Positions 23,442-31,624 of a DNA stretch of 38,961 bases are shown here, in pieces. The position numbers and the translations under genes are program-made. Source of the DNA: an uncultured bacterium (GTDB lineage: Bacteria > CAYJRR01); the NCBI GenBank assembly GCA_964372275.1, contig CAYJRR010000030.1, positions 1 through 38,961 on the forward strand. The letters run 5' to 3'. Positions within the stretch are counted from its first letter, which is position 1, and each line of letters opens with the position of its first letter. A model generated the notes under the pieces. It had not been told where the DNA came from and did no database searches. It saw only the letters and a list, made by a program, of their open reading frames with translations.

Positions 23442-25016
23442 TCAGCCGCGCCGGCGCCACGCGACGGCGCCCGCCAGGAGCGCGGCCCAGAGCGCCGATC
23501 CGATCGCCGCGCGGCCGGGGGCTGCGGCGCGCGTCGCCGTCAGCCGGCAGCCGCACCCGAGCGGACCGTCATCGCCGGGCTCGTCGGCGACCGAGATCGC
23601 CTGCGACAGCGATGCGGAGCCGCCCTGCTCGTCCACGACCGTGAGCGTCACCGTCAATTCGCCCCCGCGGCGGAAGGCGTGCTCGACGGTCGGACCGGAG
23701 GTGTAGTCGCCGCTGCCGTCGCCGAAGTCCCAGACGTAGGCGAGCTCCTCACCGTCGGGGTCGGACGATCCGGTGGCGTCGAGCGTCACCGCCTTTCCCT
23801 CCTCCGCCTCGGCGGGGAGGGTGAACGCGGCGGTCGGATCGGGGTTCTCGGGCGGATCGGCGATCCCGGTGTGGATGGCGGCGAGGTTGCGTGTGTCGCG
23901 GGCGAAGTGGGTCCGCGTCCACTCGTCGAACTCCTCCATCCGGGCCTGCATCGTGGCGTCCGACGGGCTGTCGGTCGAGCGGAGGATCACCACGTTGGAA
24001 ACCTGGAAGGCGCGCCGGCTGCGGTCGAACGACGGGGAGCGCTCCCCTTCGGCGGCGATCACGTCGTCGATCGAGATCGTCACCGACTTTCCGTCAATCG
24101 TGACCGGTCCGCCCGACATCACCTGCGGCGGGTCCTCCGGATCGCGGTTGGTTTCCGCGTCGGTGATCAGGAAGAAGTCGGGGACGGCGCTGGCGGGGAT
24201 CAGCCCCATCAGGTAGAGGTCGAGCGCCGAGTAGCCCGGCTGTCCGAACGAGTCGAAGTCGGTGGTGAAGGCGCCGCCATCCTTCTCCCAGTCGTTCCCC
24301 TCCATCCACGACCACTCGCTGTCGAGGAAGTAGGACCAGTGCCCCTCGTCGCGGCCGAGCAGCGCCTTCGCCGGGAGGTCCCCCTTCTCGACGTGCACGA
24401 AGGCGCCCCAGCGGTGACCGAACTCCTGCCCCCAGATCATGTCGAACATCACGTCGCGAAAGGAGGCGCCGAACTCGTCGTAGAGCTGGATCGAGTTCAT
24501 GAAGATGAAGCCCTGCAGTCCGTTCGCGTTGCCGAACGTCTCGGCGCCGGCGAAGTGCTGCATCCCGATGCCGCGCACGTCGTTGGCGATCGGCGAGTAG
24601 AAGGCGAAGAAGAAGTCGATGTCCCAGCCGAGGTAGACGGAGAGGAAGTCTGGATCGGCCTGCGGGAAGGCGTCGAAGAAAGCGTCGACCGCGCCGGAGA
24701 CGCAGTCCTCGAACCAGGAGTTGTCGGGGTTGCCGTCGCAATCGTTCGTCCCGTCGTCCTGGAGGTAGACGACGTTTCCGACCTGGGTCGCCGTCCAGCC
24801 CGGCGCGAAGGAGGCGAACGCCGGCGAGTCGGCGCGGGCCGCGAGGCGCGCGCGAAGTTTCTCGCCGAACTCGCGCGCGAAGGGGGTCGCGGTGACGTCG
24901 ATCTTGCGGAGATCGAGCGCGGCGGCCGCCGGCGCGGCCACGGCGGGAAGGGACGGGACGGTGGCAGCGAGGACGCAGCAGGCGGCGATCGGGGCGACGG
25001 CGTGGAACGGGCGCAT
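23442..25016 (-). CDS. Secreted protein carrying a PKD domain and a C-terminal MYXO-CTERM-like sorting signal
   Basis: Signal peptide (MRPFHAVAPIAACCVLAATVPSLPAVAAPAAAA). A ~400-aa domain of unknown function with a possible metal site (GQEFGHRWG). A PKD domain (LAYVWDFGDGSGDYTSGPTVEHAF...VTLTVVDEQGGS). A C-terminal GCGC motif followed by a TM helix and RRRG. Confidence 0.8.
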   Translation of the reverse strand: MRPFHAVAPIAACCVLAATVPSLPAVAAPAAAALDLRKIDVTATPFAREFGEKLRARLAARADSPAFASFAPGWTATQVGNVVYLQDDGTNDCDGNPDNSWFEDCVSGAVDAFFDAFPQADPDFLSVYLGWDIDFFFAFYSPIANDVRGIGMQHFAGAETFGNANGLQGFIFMNSIQLYDEFGASFRDVMFDMIWGQEFGHRWGAFVHVEKGDLPAKALLGRDEGHWSYFLDSEWSWMEGNDWEKDGGAFTTDFDSFGQPGYSALDLYLMGLIPASAVPDFFLITDAETNRDPEDPPQVMSGGPVTIDGKSVTISIDDVIAAEGERSPSFDRSRRAFQVSNVVILRSTDSPSDATMQARMEEFDEWTRTHFARDTRNLAAIHTGIADPPENPDPTAAFTLPAEAEEGKAVTLDATGSSDPDGEELAYVWDFGDGSGDYTSGPTVEHAFRRGGELTVTLTVVDEQGGSASLSQAISVADEPGDDGPLGCGCRLTATRAAAPGRAAIGSALWAALLAGAVAWRRRG

Positions 25017-25056
25017 CGGACCTCCGGGCGTGGCGGCGAAGAGGGAGGCAGAGGCT

Positions 25057-25072
25057 GCAACGGAGGTGCCAC
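25057..25072 (-). promoter_or_regulatory. Sigma-54 promoter, perfect match to the TGGCAC-N5-TTGCA consensus, driving the MYXO-CTERM protein gene
   Basis: The minus strand reads TGGCAC-ctccg-TTGCA, ~40 nt upstream of the ATG at 25016. Confidence 0.55.
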
Positions 25073-25182
25073 CGAGCGGACGTTCCGTGCGGCGAAATGG
25101 CTAGCGGTTACCGTCGGTTGTGAAAATGCGGCGCGGGCGCGCGAGGCGATCGCGACCGACCGTCACAGCCAAACTGGAGCAT

Positions 25183-26103
25183 CTAAGCCACGGTCGGCCC
25201 GCGGAGCCTGGCGATCTCGTCGCGGACGAGGCGTTCCAACGCGTCGGGGTCGAGCGACCGTGCCGACGCAGGACGCGGGAGGCTTCCCGGGCCGTCCCCG
25301 CACCGAGGCGTATCCGCGGCGGTCGCGATCGGGGGCTCGACCGTGGCCCGCGGCGAGCGCCTCGTCGAGTCGGCGTCTGTGTCGGCGCCCCGCAGCGACT
25401 CCGAGGGACGACTCTGGGAGCCGGCTGCACGGGCGAGGGGCCCGAGTCCCGCGGCCGCGCGCTTCTGGAGGAGCGTCGCGACGTCGGCTTCGGGGAGTCG
25501 GTTGACGCGCCCGAGCTGCCGCGCCGCAAGCTCGATCGTCGCCAGGTGCTCCACCAGCTCGACGCGCAGGTACGCCTGCTCGACGTCGACGCCGACGGCG
25601 ATCACGCCGTGGTTGGCGAGCAACGCCGCGTCGGCGTCGACGAGCGCAGCCGCCAGCCCCTCCTCCAGCGCGGGGCTCCCGGGAAGGGCGTAGCCGACGA
25701 GCGGCGCCCCCGGACCGAGCGAGACGATCGCCTCGGCGAGGATCGGCGTCGTCAGCGCAAGCCCCGCGACGGCGAAGCCGGTGGCGGTGGGAGGATGGGC
25801 GTGCACCACCGCCTTCGCGTCGGCGCGCTCGCGGTAGCAGCGCAGGTGCAGGTGCAACTCCGAGAACGGCTTCCCCGCGGTTCGCTGCCCGTCGAGGAGA
25901 TTCCCGTCCGCCGATAGGAGAAGCACGTCGTCCGCGCCGATCAGGCGCTTGGATACGGCGGTCGGCGTGGCCAGGATCCGCCCGTCGTCGAGCCGGACGG
26001 TGACGTTCCCGTCGTGGTTCGCGGCCCAGCCGCGCTTCCACAAGAGCCTCGAGGCCGATGCGATCGCCTCCCGCAGCCGCTGCTCGTCCGCCGGCAGCGT
26101 CAC
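25183..26103 (-). CDS. Class II aldolase/adducin-family protein (fuculose-/rhamnulose-phosphate aldolase-like) with a C-terminal extension
   Basis: A ~215-aa aldolase core with metal-binding His residues (ELHLHLRCY...VVHAHPP...LANHGVIAVG). A ~90-aa disordered Pro/Ser/Ala/Arg linker follows. A terminal amphipathic helix (LDPDALERLVRDEIARLRG) closes the protein. GTG start in a GTGA overlap with the upstream stop. Confidence 0.85.
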   Translation of the reverse strand: MTLPADEQRLREAIASASRLLWKRGWAANHDGNVTVRLDDGRILATPTAVSKRLIGADDVLLLSADGNLLDGQRTAGKPFSELHLHLRCYRERADAKAVVHAHPPTATGFAVAGLALTTPILAEAIVSLGPGAPLVGYALPGSPALEEGLAAALVDADAALLANHGVIAVGVDVEQAYLRVELVEHLATIELAARQLGRVNRLPEADVATLLQKRAAAGLGPLARAAGSQSRPSESLRGADTDADSTRRSPRATVEPPIATAADTPRCGDGPGSLPRPASARSLDPDALERLVRDEIARLRGPTVA

Positions 26104-26420
26104 GCCCGGCCTCCCGGACCGCGGCGGGCGGCGCCGTCGAGCACCGATCCGTCCTCCATCTCCACCCGGTCGACGACCGCCATCACCACCGCGTGGATCG
26201 GATCGCTCTCCTTCCCCGCAAGCTGGCGCGCGGTGTTCCCTTCGCGCGAACAGAGGACGGTGTCACCGGGTCCGGCGCGGACCGTGTCGACCGCCAGGAA
26301 CAGGCGGCCGGCGTCCTTCCCCTTCGCGTCGATCGGCTGGCAGACGAGGACGATCTTTCCGTCGTAGCAGGCGTGCTTCTCCACCGCGACCGCGTTGCCG
26401 GTGATGCGCGCGAGGATCAC
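26100..26420 (-). CDS. BMC vertex (pentamer) protein, EutN/CcmL/PduN family (BMC-P)
   Basis: VILARITGNAVAVEKHACYDGKIVLVCQPID...GDTVLCSREGNTARQ matches the EutN_CcmL fold. The GTG start overlaps the stop of the upstream BMC-P (GTGA). The rest of track ORF 26100..26588 is Arg-rich extension. Confidence 0.8.
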   Translation of the reverse strand: MILARITGNAVAVEKHACYDGKIVLVCQPIDAKGKDAGRLFLAVDTVRAGPGDTVLCSREGNTARQLAGKESDPIHAVVMAVVDRVEMEDGSVLDGAARRGPGGRA

Positions 26421-26752
26421 GGCCGGTCTCCGCCGGGTTTCGTCCGGGCCTTCCGGGGTCCGTCCGCCAGGTCCGTGGCGTAGATCCCTTCGGCGAAGAT
26501 CTCCTCGGCGATCGCCACCACCGCGGCGTCGACCGGGACGAACGTCTCCGGCAGCGCCAGCGCCGCCTCCCGTCCGCCGACCCACCACACCACCTGTCCC
26601 GGCCCGGCGCTGAAGCGATCGGCCACGACGAACGGTTCTCCCACCGGGAGCATCGTCGTATCGACCGGCTGCGCCAGCAGCAGCTTCACCCCTTCGAGGC
26701 CGGGCGACTTCCGCTCGGCGACGACCGTTCCCAGCACGCGCGCCAGTTCCAT
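26417..26752 (-). CDS. BMC vertex protein, EutN/CcmL family (BMC-P)
   Basis: MELARVLGTVVAERKSPGLEGVKLLLAQPVD...PFVVADRFSAGPGQVVWWVGGREAA. The start ATG lies 23 codons inside track ORF 26417..26821. Confidence 0.8.
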   Translation of the reverse strand: MELARVLGTVVAERKSPGLEGVKLLLAQPVDTTMLPVGEPFVVADRFSAGPGQVVWWVGGREAALALPETFVPVDAAVVAIAEEIFAEGIYATDLADGPRKARTKPGGDRP

Positions 26753-26783
26753 CAGCGGCCCTCCTCGAGACGGTGGCGACGCG

Positions 26784-27362
26784 TCATCGCCGCCCCGTGA
26801 GGTTGGCGACCAGGTCGGCATGCGGCCGGGGGATCAGCTCCACGCCGACGAGGAACCCGTCCTGCTCGGCTCTCGCTTTCGCCGCGGCGACCGCCGCTTC
26901 CAGATCGGCGTGCGGCCCGGTCAGCGTGAAGTAGCCCTTGCCGCCGATCCCGTGGCCGAGGCGGATCTCGATCACCCGCACGTCGGCCGTCTTGGCGGCG
27001 ACGTCGGCGGCGGCGACGGTGGTGGCGAGGGAGAGCATCTCCACGATTGCCAGGGCGTCGACGTCGGGCACCTCGATCCTGCGACCGAGCGCGGCCACGA
27101 CGTCGGGGTGGACTTGCGGGAGGATCATCTGGTTGATCACCGTCGCGCCGCCGAGCGCCTTCCCTTCGGCGAGCGACTCCTCCACCGCCGCCACCTCGCC
27201 GGTGAAGACGAAGAGGTACTTTCCGGAGGAGACCGGCTCGGCGATCCGGACGGTGACCGGCGCGCGCTTGCTGACGGCATCGAGCACGCGCGCGCCGCGC
27301 CCGATGCTCGACAGCTCGAGCAGCGCGAGGGCCGGATCGGAGGACGGGGAGGCCGCGGGCAT
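26784..27362 (-). CDS. Tandem-BMC-domain shell protein (BMC-T)
   Basis: A 192-aa product with two BMC domains (ALALLELSSIGRGARVLDAVSKRAPVTVRIAEPVSSGKYLFVFTGEVAAVEES; ALAIVEMLSLATTVAAADVAAKTADVRVIEIRLGHGIGGKGYFTLTGPHADLEAAV). The start ATG lies 43 codons inside track ORF 26784..27491. Confidence 0.8.
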   Translation of the reverse strand: MPAASPSSDPALALLELSSIGRGARVLDAVSKRAPVTVRIAEPVSSGKYLFVFTGEVAAVEESLAEGKALGGATVINQMILPQVHPDVVAALGRRIEVPDVDALAIVEMLSLATTVAAADVAAKTADVRVIEIRLGHGIGGKGYFTLTGPHADLEAAVAAAKARAEQDGFLVGVELIPRPHADLVANLTGRR

Positions 27363-27433
27363 GAAGACCCCGCAGGATAGCGAAGCGGTCGGGGGAGGTA
27401 AACGAGCGTGCCGCCGGGGTATACTGCGTAGTC

Positions 27434-28537
27434 GTGGCGCACGGGAAGGCGGTGGTCTGGTCCCCGGTGAGCTACGAGCCGGGTCGCCCATGGCTGTGGA
27501 GCCGCCCGATCGACCGCCTGTTCGTCGCCGGCGGCGGCTTCTTCCTCGTCGCGGCCGTCCTCGTGCCGCTTTCGCTGCTGCCGTCGGTCGGCCCTTCGCT
27601 CAACGCGCTGCTGCTGCACCTCTCGGTTCTGGTCAACTACCCGCACTACACCTCCACCTACCAGGTGATCGTCCGCGAGCGGGAGCGCCGGCCCGCAAGC
27701 TTCCGGACGCTCCTCTGGAGCGCCTTTCCGATGGCGGCGCTCCTGGTCGTCGCCGGCCGGTGGCCCGACCTCCTGTGGGGGGTCGTCGTCCGGGGCTACC
27801 TTACCTGGTCGGCCTACCACTACGCCGCGCAGCACTTCGGGATCGCCGCGATGTACTGCGCGCGCGCGGGGACGCCGCTGGGCGCCCGCGAGAAGGGACC
27901 GTTGCAGGCGGCCTTTCTCGGCGTCGGCGGCTTCATGATGCTGATGGCCAACACCGTCGGAGGCGACGCCGACCTGGCCGCTCGCGTCGTGGGGCTGACC
28001 GAAAACGGCGGGGAGGTGCCGATCGCCGGGTTTCCGTCGTGGATGTACGGCGTCGGCCTGGCCCTGGTCGCGGCGAGCGGCGTGGCGTTCGCCGTGGCCG
28101 AGCGGCGGTTCGCCGCCCGCACCGGACGGACCTTCCTGCGCGAGGTCTGGATGTTGTTCGCGACCAACCTCGCCTGGTTCGTCGTTCCGAACCTGCGCCT
28201 GCCGGGGGGAGAGGGTTGGATGTGGCCCGGTCTCGCCCTGTGCCTGTTGGGCCTGCCGCCGTTCTTCCACGGGCTCCAGTACATGGCGGTGACGGGCCAC
28301 CGCAGCCGGACGACCGGTCCGGTCCGTCCGATCTGGCTCTTCGCCGGACTGGTGGCCGCAGGCTATCTGTTGTTCCACGGCCCGGTGCCGCTCCTGCCGG
28401 CGATCGCGCCCGTCGACGCTACACGGGGGATCCTGCTCCTGGTGTCGGTGATCAACCTCCACCACTTCTGGATGGACGGCCTGATCTGGCGTCGGGCGCG
28501 CGTGGCGGCCCTCCCCGCGTCGCCGCCCGTGTCGTGA
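27434..28537 (+). CDS. Polytopic membrane protein of unknown function (about eight TM helices)
   Basis: A 367-aa product rich in Trp/Tyr/His-containing hydrophobic helices (LNALLLHLSVLVNYPHYTSTYQ; WSAYHYAAQHFGIAAMY; LLLVSVINLHHFWMDGLIWRR). It is divergent from the BMC-T gene. The opposite-strand ORF 27137..28465 is Arg-rich junk. Confidence 0.55.
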   Translation: MAHGKAVVWSPVSYEPGRPWLWSRPIDRLFVAGGGFFLVAAVLVPLSLLPSVGPSLNALLLHLSVLVNYPHYTSTYQVIVRERERRPASFRTLLWSAFPMAALLVVAGRWPDLLWGVVVRGYLTWSAYHYAAQHFGIAAMYCARAGTPLGAREKGPLQAAFLGVGGFMMLMANTVGGDADLAARVVGLTENGGEVPIAGFPSWMYGVGLALVAASGVAFAVAERRFAARTGRTFLREVWMLFATNLAWFVVPNLRLPGGEGWMWPGLALCLLGLPPFFHGLQYMAVTGHRSRTTGPVRPIWLFAGLVAAGYLLFHGPVPLLPAIAPVDATRGILLLVSVINLHHFWMDGLIWRRARVAALPASPPVS

Positions 28538-28540
28538 TCC

Positions 28541-29335
28541 CTAGCGGCTGATGCCGACGCTGGGCCCGCCCGAGCCGGAGTTGGCGGGGCCGATCGTCGG
28601 AGGACGGCGCGGCAGCGGCGCCGTCACCACGGTCGTGTCGCCGCGTGCGACCTGCGATCCGGTGGAACGGTTGGTCGGGGCGAACCAGCCCGAGGTCTTG
28701 GAGCCGGTGAGCCAATCGAAGGCGCCCGCGGCGATGGGGAGCACGCTGCCGATGAACGACGCGGCGCCGGCCACCGTAGCGACCGTCGCGAGTACGCCGG
28801 CGGTGATTCCGACGGCGGCCCCTGCAGCCGCGACGGCCGGAAACGCGACCACCGCCAGTCCCCCGACGACTGCCGCCAGGGCGACGCCCGACGCGACGGC
28901 GGTCAGACCCGTGCGCCACTTTTCCGGCGTCGAGGCGTTCGGGTCCCGGATCGTGGTGTAGGCGACGGCGGCGTCGGCGCCGGCGAAGATCGCGTTGAAG
29001 ATGGGATTGATCCGGCCGAACGCCGCCGCGGCCTTTCCGGCGGAGGTGGAGATCCGGACGGCGAGCGGAATGCCGCGCTTCGCCCACTGGCGCGCGGCCG
29101 CGCGCCGGACCTGTCTCGAGGGGAACGAAGGACGGGTGACCCGTTCGATCCCCTTGAGGCTGTACTCGGTGGCGTCCTTCACGTCGTCGACGTTGGAGAG
29201 GCCGTTCCCGACGTCCTGGACCACCTGCAGCTCGGCCGGAAGCGACGGTTCCGGACGCTCCTGCGCCAGCGCCAGGACCGGCTCGGTGATCATCGTGACG
29301 GCGAGTCCGAGTGCGACCAGCGTGCGGTAGACCAT
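28541..29335 (-). CDS. Secreted or membrane-associated hypothetical protein
   Basis: An N-terminal signal-like segment (LVALGLAVTMITEPVLALAQE). A polar middle region. A C-terminal Ala/Gly/Val-rich hydrophobic block (about three helices). It is the last gene of the AldDH operon. A G9 tract lies 4 nt upstream of the ATG on the coding strand. Confidence 0.5.
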   Translation of the reverse strand: MVYRTLVALGLAVTMITEPVLALAQERPEPSLPAELQVVQDVGNGLSNVDDVKDATEYSLKGIERVTRPSFPSRQVRRAAARQWAKRGIPLAVRISTSAGKAAAAFGRINPIFNAIFAGADAAVAYTTIRDPNASTPEKWRTGLTAVASGVALAAVVGGLAVVAFPAVAAAGAAVGITAGVLATVATVAGAASFIGSVLPIAAGAFDWLTGSKTSGWFAPTNRSTGSQVARGDTTVVTAPLPRRPPTIGPANSGSGGPSVGISR

Positions 29336-29523
29336 GACTCCCCCCCCCGCCTTGTCTTACTCCACCAAGTGTGCCACTCCGGACGCATCTTAAGGTATGG
29401 GAATTTCAAGGAAACTTGATGTCGGGCTGGGGCGGCTCGCCCCCGGAGTTGGGCGGGGGGCGGAGACGATCGAACCCAGCGGCGGGTGGGGGCGATGCCC
29501 CGCCGGAACGGCGCCGAACCCCG

Positions 29524-30969
29524 CTACACGATTCGGAAATACTCTTTCAGCGTGCAGCGCCGTTCGCGGGTGAAGTTGCGGACGGTGGTCAGTCCCTCGC
29601 CGGTGGGGCTGGCGATGGTGAAGGAGGTGTAGCCCTCTCCGCCGTAGCCGAGGCCGGCGAAGTTGGGGGCGTTTTTCACGTAGATCGAGCAGTCCATCAC
29701 GCGCGCCATGGTGTGCAGCGCCTCGATGTTGCGCGAGTACATCACCGCCGTGTGGCGGTAGCCGTGCTCGACGCGCTTGGCCATGGCGATCCCTTCGGCG
29801 GCATCGCGCACCCGCACCAGCGGCAGCACCGGCATCAGCATCTCGTTCTGCACGAACGGGTGGGTCTCTCCGTCGACCTCGACCAGGATGGTGCGCGGAT
29901 CGCCCGGCACGGGATGGTCGATCCGCTCCAAGATGAGCCGCGCGTCCTTGCCGACCCAATCCTTGTTCGGGTGGCCGTCCTTGAGCACGACCGACTCCAG
30001 GCGCTTGGTGAGCGCCGGCGGGAGGAGATAGGCGCCGTGCTCGGTCATCTTCTGCTTGAGCGTGTCGGCGATCCTGTCGACCGCCAGGATCTCCTTCTCC
30101 GCGGTGCAGATGATGTTGTTGTCGAGCGAGTGTCCGGCGACGCAGCCCGCCGCCGCGCGGTCGAGGTCGGCCGTCTCGTCGACGACGGCCGGCGGGTTCC
30201 CGGGTCCGCCGGCGATCGTCTTCTTGCCGGAGGCCATCGCCGCCTTGACCACCGCCGGCCCGCCGGTGACGACGAGCAGCTGGATCCCCTTGTGCTTCAT
30301 CAGGGCGGTGGCCGAGTCGAGCGTCGGCTCGGCGATCATCGTCAGCACGTTCGCCGGTCCGCCCGCGCGCACCGACGCCTCGTTCATCAGGTTGACCGTC
30401 TTCGCGCAGCACCCTTTGGCGTAGGGGTGCGGGTTGAAGACGACGCTGTTGCCGCCGGAGACCATCCCGATCCCGTTGTTGATGATCGTCTCGGTCGGGT
30501 TGGTGGTGGGGGTGATCGCGCCGATCACGCCGTACGGGGCGCGCTCCACCAGCATCAGTCCGTCATCGCCGGAGTAGGCGATCGGCTCCAGGAACTCCGG
30601 GCCGGGGGTCTTGTCGATCACCAGCCGGTTCTTGATCCGCTTGTCGGAGGCTCGTCCGAGGCCGGTCTCCTTCGGCGCCCATTCGGCGAGGAGATCGACG
30701 TGATCGCGGAGCGTCGACCGCATCTCCTCGATCATCCGCTTGCGGACCTCCAGCGGCGTGCGGGCGAGCTCGCCGTGGGCCTGCTTCGCCGCCGCAATCG
30801 CCTCGTCGAGGGTCTGGAAGACGCCGCCGTTCCGGTAGTCGATCTCGTCCGGCGCGACCGGGGTGCGCGGGCGGGCCGCCGGGGCCTGGCCCTCGGTCGC
30901 CAGACGCGAGACGACGTTCTCGACGATCTGCTGGATCTGGGCGCGGTCGAGGGGCAGGGCGGCGGGCAT
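29524..30969 (-). CDS. CoA-acylating aldehyde dehydrogenase (PduP/EutE-like) with an N-terminal encapsulation peptide
   Basis: Aldehyde dehydrogenase fold with the catalytic Cys region (DNNIICTAEKE) and a Gly-rich NAD site (VVTGGPAVVKAAMASGKK). The N-terminal amphipathic helix (LDRAQIQQIVENVVSRL) is followed by a Pro/Ala linker. Confidence 0.9.
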   Translation of the reverse strand: MPAALPLDRAQIQQIVENVVSRLATEGQAPAARPRTPVAPDEIDYRNGGVFQTLDEAIAAAKQAHGELARTPLEVRKRMIEEMRSTLRDHVDLLAEWAPKETGLGRASDKRIKNRLVIDKTPGPEFLEPIAYSGDDGLMLVERAPYGVIGAITPTTNPTETIINNGIGMVSGGNSVVFNPHPYAKGCCAKTVNLMNEASVRAGGPANVLTMIAEPTLDSATALMKHKGIQLLVVTGGPAVVKAAMASGKKTIAGGPGNPPAVVDETADLDRAAAGCVAGHSLDNNIICTAEKEILAVDRIADTLKQKMTEHGAYLLPPALTKRLESVVLKDGHPNKDWVGKDARLILERIDHPVPGDPRTILVEVDGETHPFVQNEMLMPVLPLVRVRDAAEGIAMAKRVEHGYRHTAVMYSRNIEALHTMARVMDCSIYVKNAPNFAGLGYGGEGYTSFTIASPTGEGLTTVRNFTRERRCTLKEYFRIV

Positions 30970-30975
30970 CGGTGG

Positions 30976-31284
30976 CTACGCTCCGCCCGCTTTCTGGTAG
31001 AGGCGCCCCTCGCCGGTCTCGATCTCGTCGACGATCGCCATGATCACCGCGTCGCAGGGGCGGTCCTTGGTGGCGGCGGTCTGGCGCGCCGAGGAGCCGG
31101 TGGCGTAGAGCACCACCTCGCCGACCCCGGCGCCGACCGAATCGATCGCCACCACCATCCCCGAGCCGTCGACGAGCCCGCCGTCTTTCGTCGCGAGGTT
31201 CTTCACGACGTGGAGGCGCAACCCCTCGAGCTTTTCGTCCTTCTGGGTGGCGATCACCGTCCCGACGATGCGTCCGAGCTGCAT
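30976..31284 (-). CDS. BMC vertex protein EutN/CcmL/PduN family (BMC-P), third paralog
   Basis: MQLGRIVGTVIATQKDEKLEGLRLHVVKNLATKDGG...VVLYATGSSARQ. Confidence 0.85.
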   Translation of the reverse strand: MQLGRIVGTVIATQKDEKLEGLRLHVVKNLATKDGGLVDGSGMVVAIDSVGAGVGEVVLYATGSSARQTAATKDRPCDAVIMAIVDEIETGEGRLYQKAGGA

Positions 31285-31295
31285 CGGGACGGACC

Positions 31296-31610
31296 CTACT
31301 TCTTCCCGCCGACCACGCGCGCCGCGCCCGCCCCCGCGCGGCCGAGCGGCAGCGCGTCCTCGATGGCGTCGTGCGGCCGCGGAATGACGTGGACGCTGAC
31401 CAGCTCGCCGACGCGTTGGGCTCCCTTGGCCCCGGCCTCGGTGGCGGCCTTCACCGCCGCAACGTCGCCCCTCACGATCGCGGTCACGTAGCCGCCGCCG
31501 ATCTTTTCGTAGCCGATCAGCTCGACCTTCGCGGCCTTCACCATCGCGTCCGAGGCCTCGACCATCGCGGCGAAACCCTTGGTTTCGATCATCCCGAGCG
31601 CTTCTGCCAT
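31296..31610 (-). CDS. BMC hexamer shell protein (BMC-H, PduA/CcmK-like)
   Basis: [60 protein letters not shown]...VHVIPRPH. This is the canonical BMC domain. An AGAGGGA RBS sits 9 nt upstream. The start ATG lies 68 codons inside track ORF 31296..31814. Confidence 0.9.
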   Translation of the reverse strand: MAEALGMIETKGFAAMVEASDAMVKAAKVELIGYEKIGGGYVTAIVRGDVAAVKAATEAGAKGAQRVGELVSVHVIPRPHDAIEDALPLGRAGAGAARVVGGKK

Positions 31611-31624
31611 TGTCGTTCGTCCCT

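Noticed and set aside
26100-26103. GTGA/ATGA start-stop overlaps (26100-26103, 26417-26420, 34977-34980, 4458-4461, 2746-2749) considered as a special coupling signature of the BMC locus
   Set aside because: The same 4-nt overlap style occurs throughout the window on both strands and in unrelated operons. It appears to be the general gene-packing style of this genome rather than something specific.
27137-28465. 442-aa minus-strand ORF opposite the membrane protein
   Set aside because: It has an Arg/Gly/Pro-rich composition. The plus-strand frame has well-formed TM helices.
29380-29395. Possible sigma-54 site (TGGCAC-acttg-GTGGA on the minus strand) upstream of gene 28541..29335
   Set aside because: The -12 element lacks the essential GC dinucleotide at the correct spacing.
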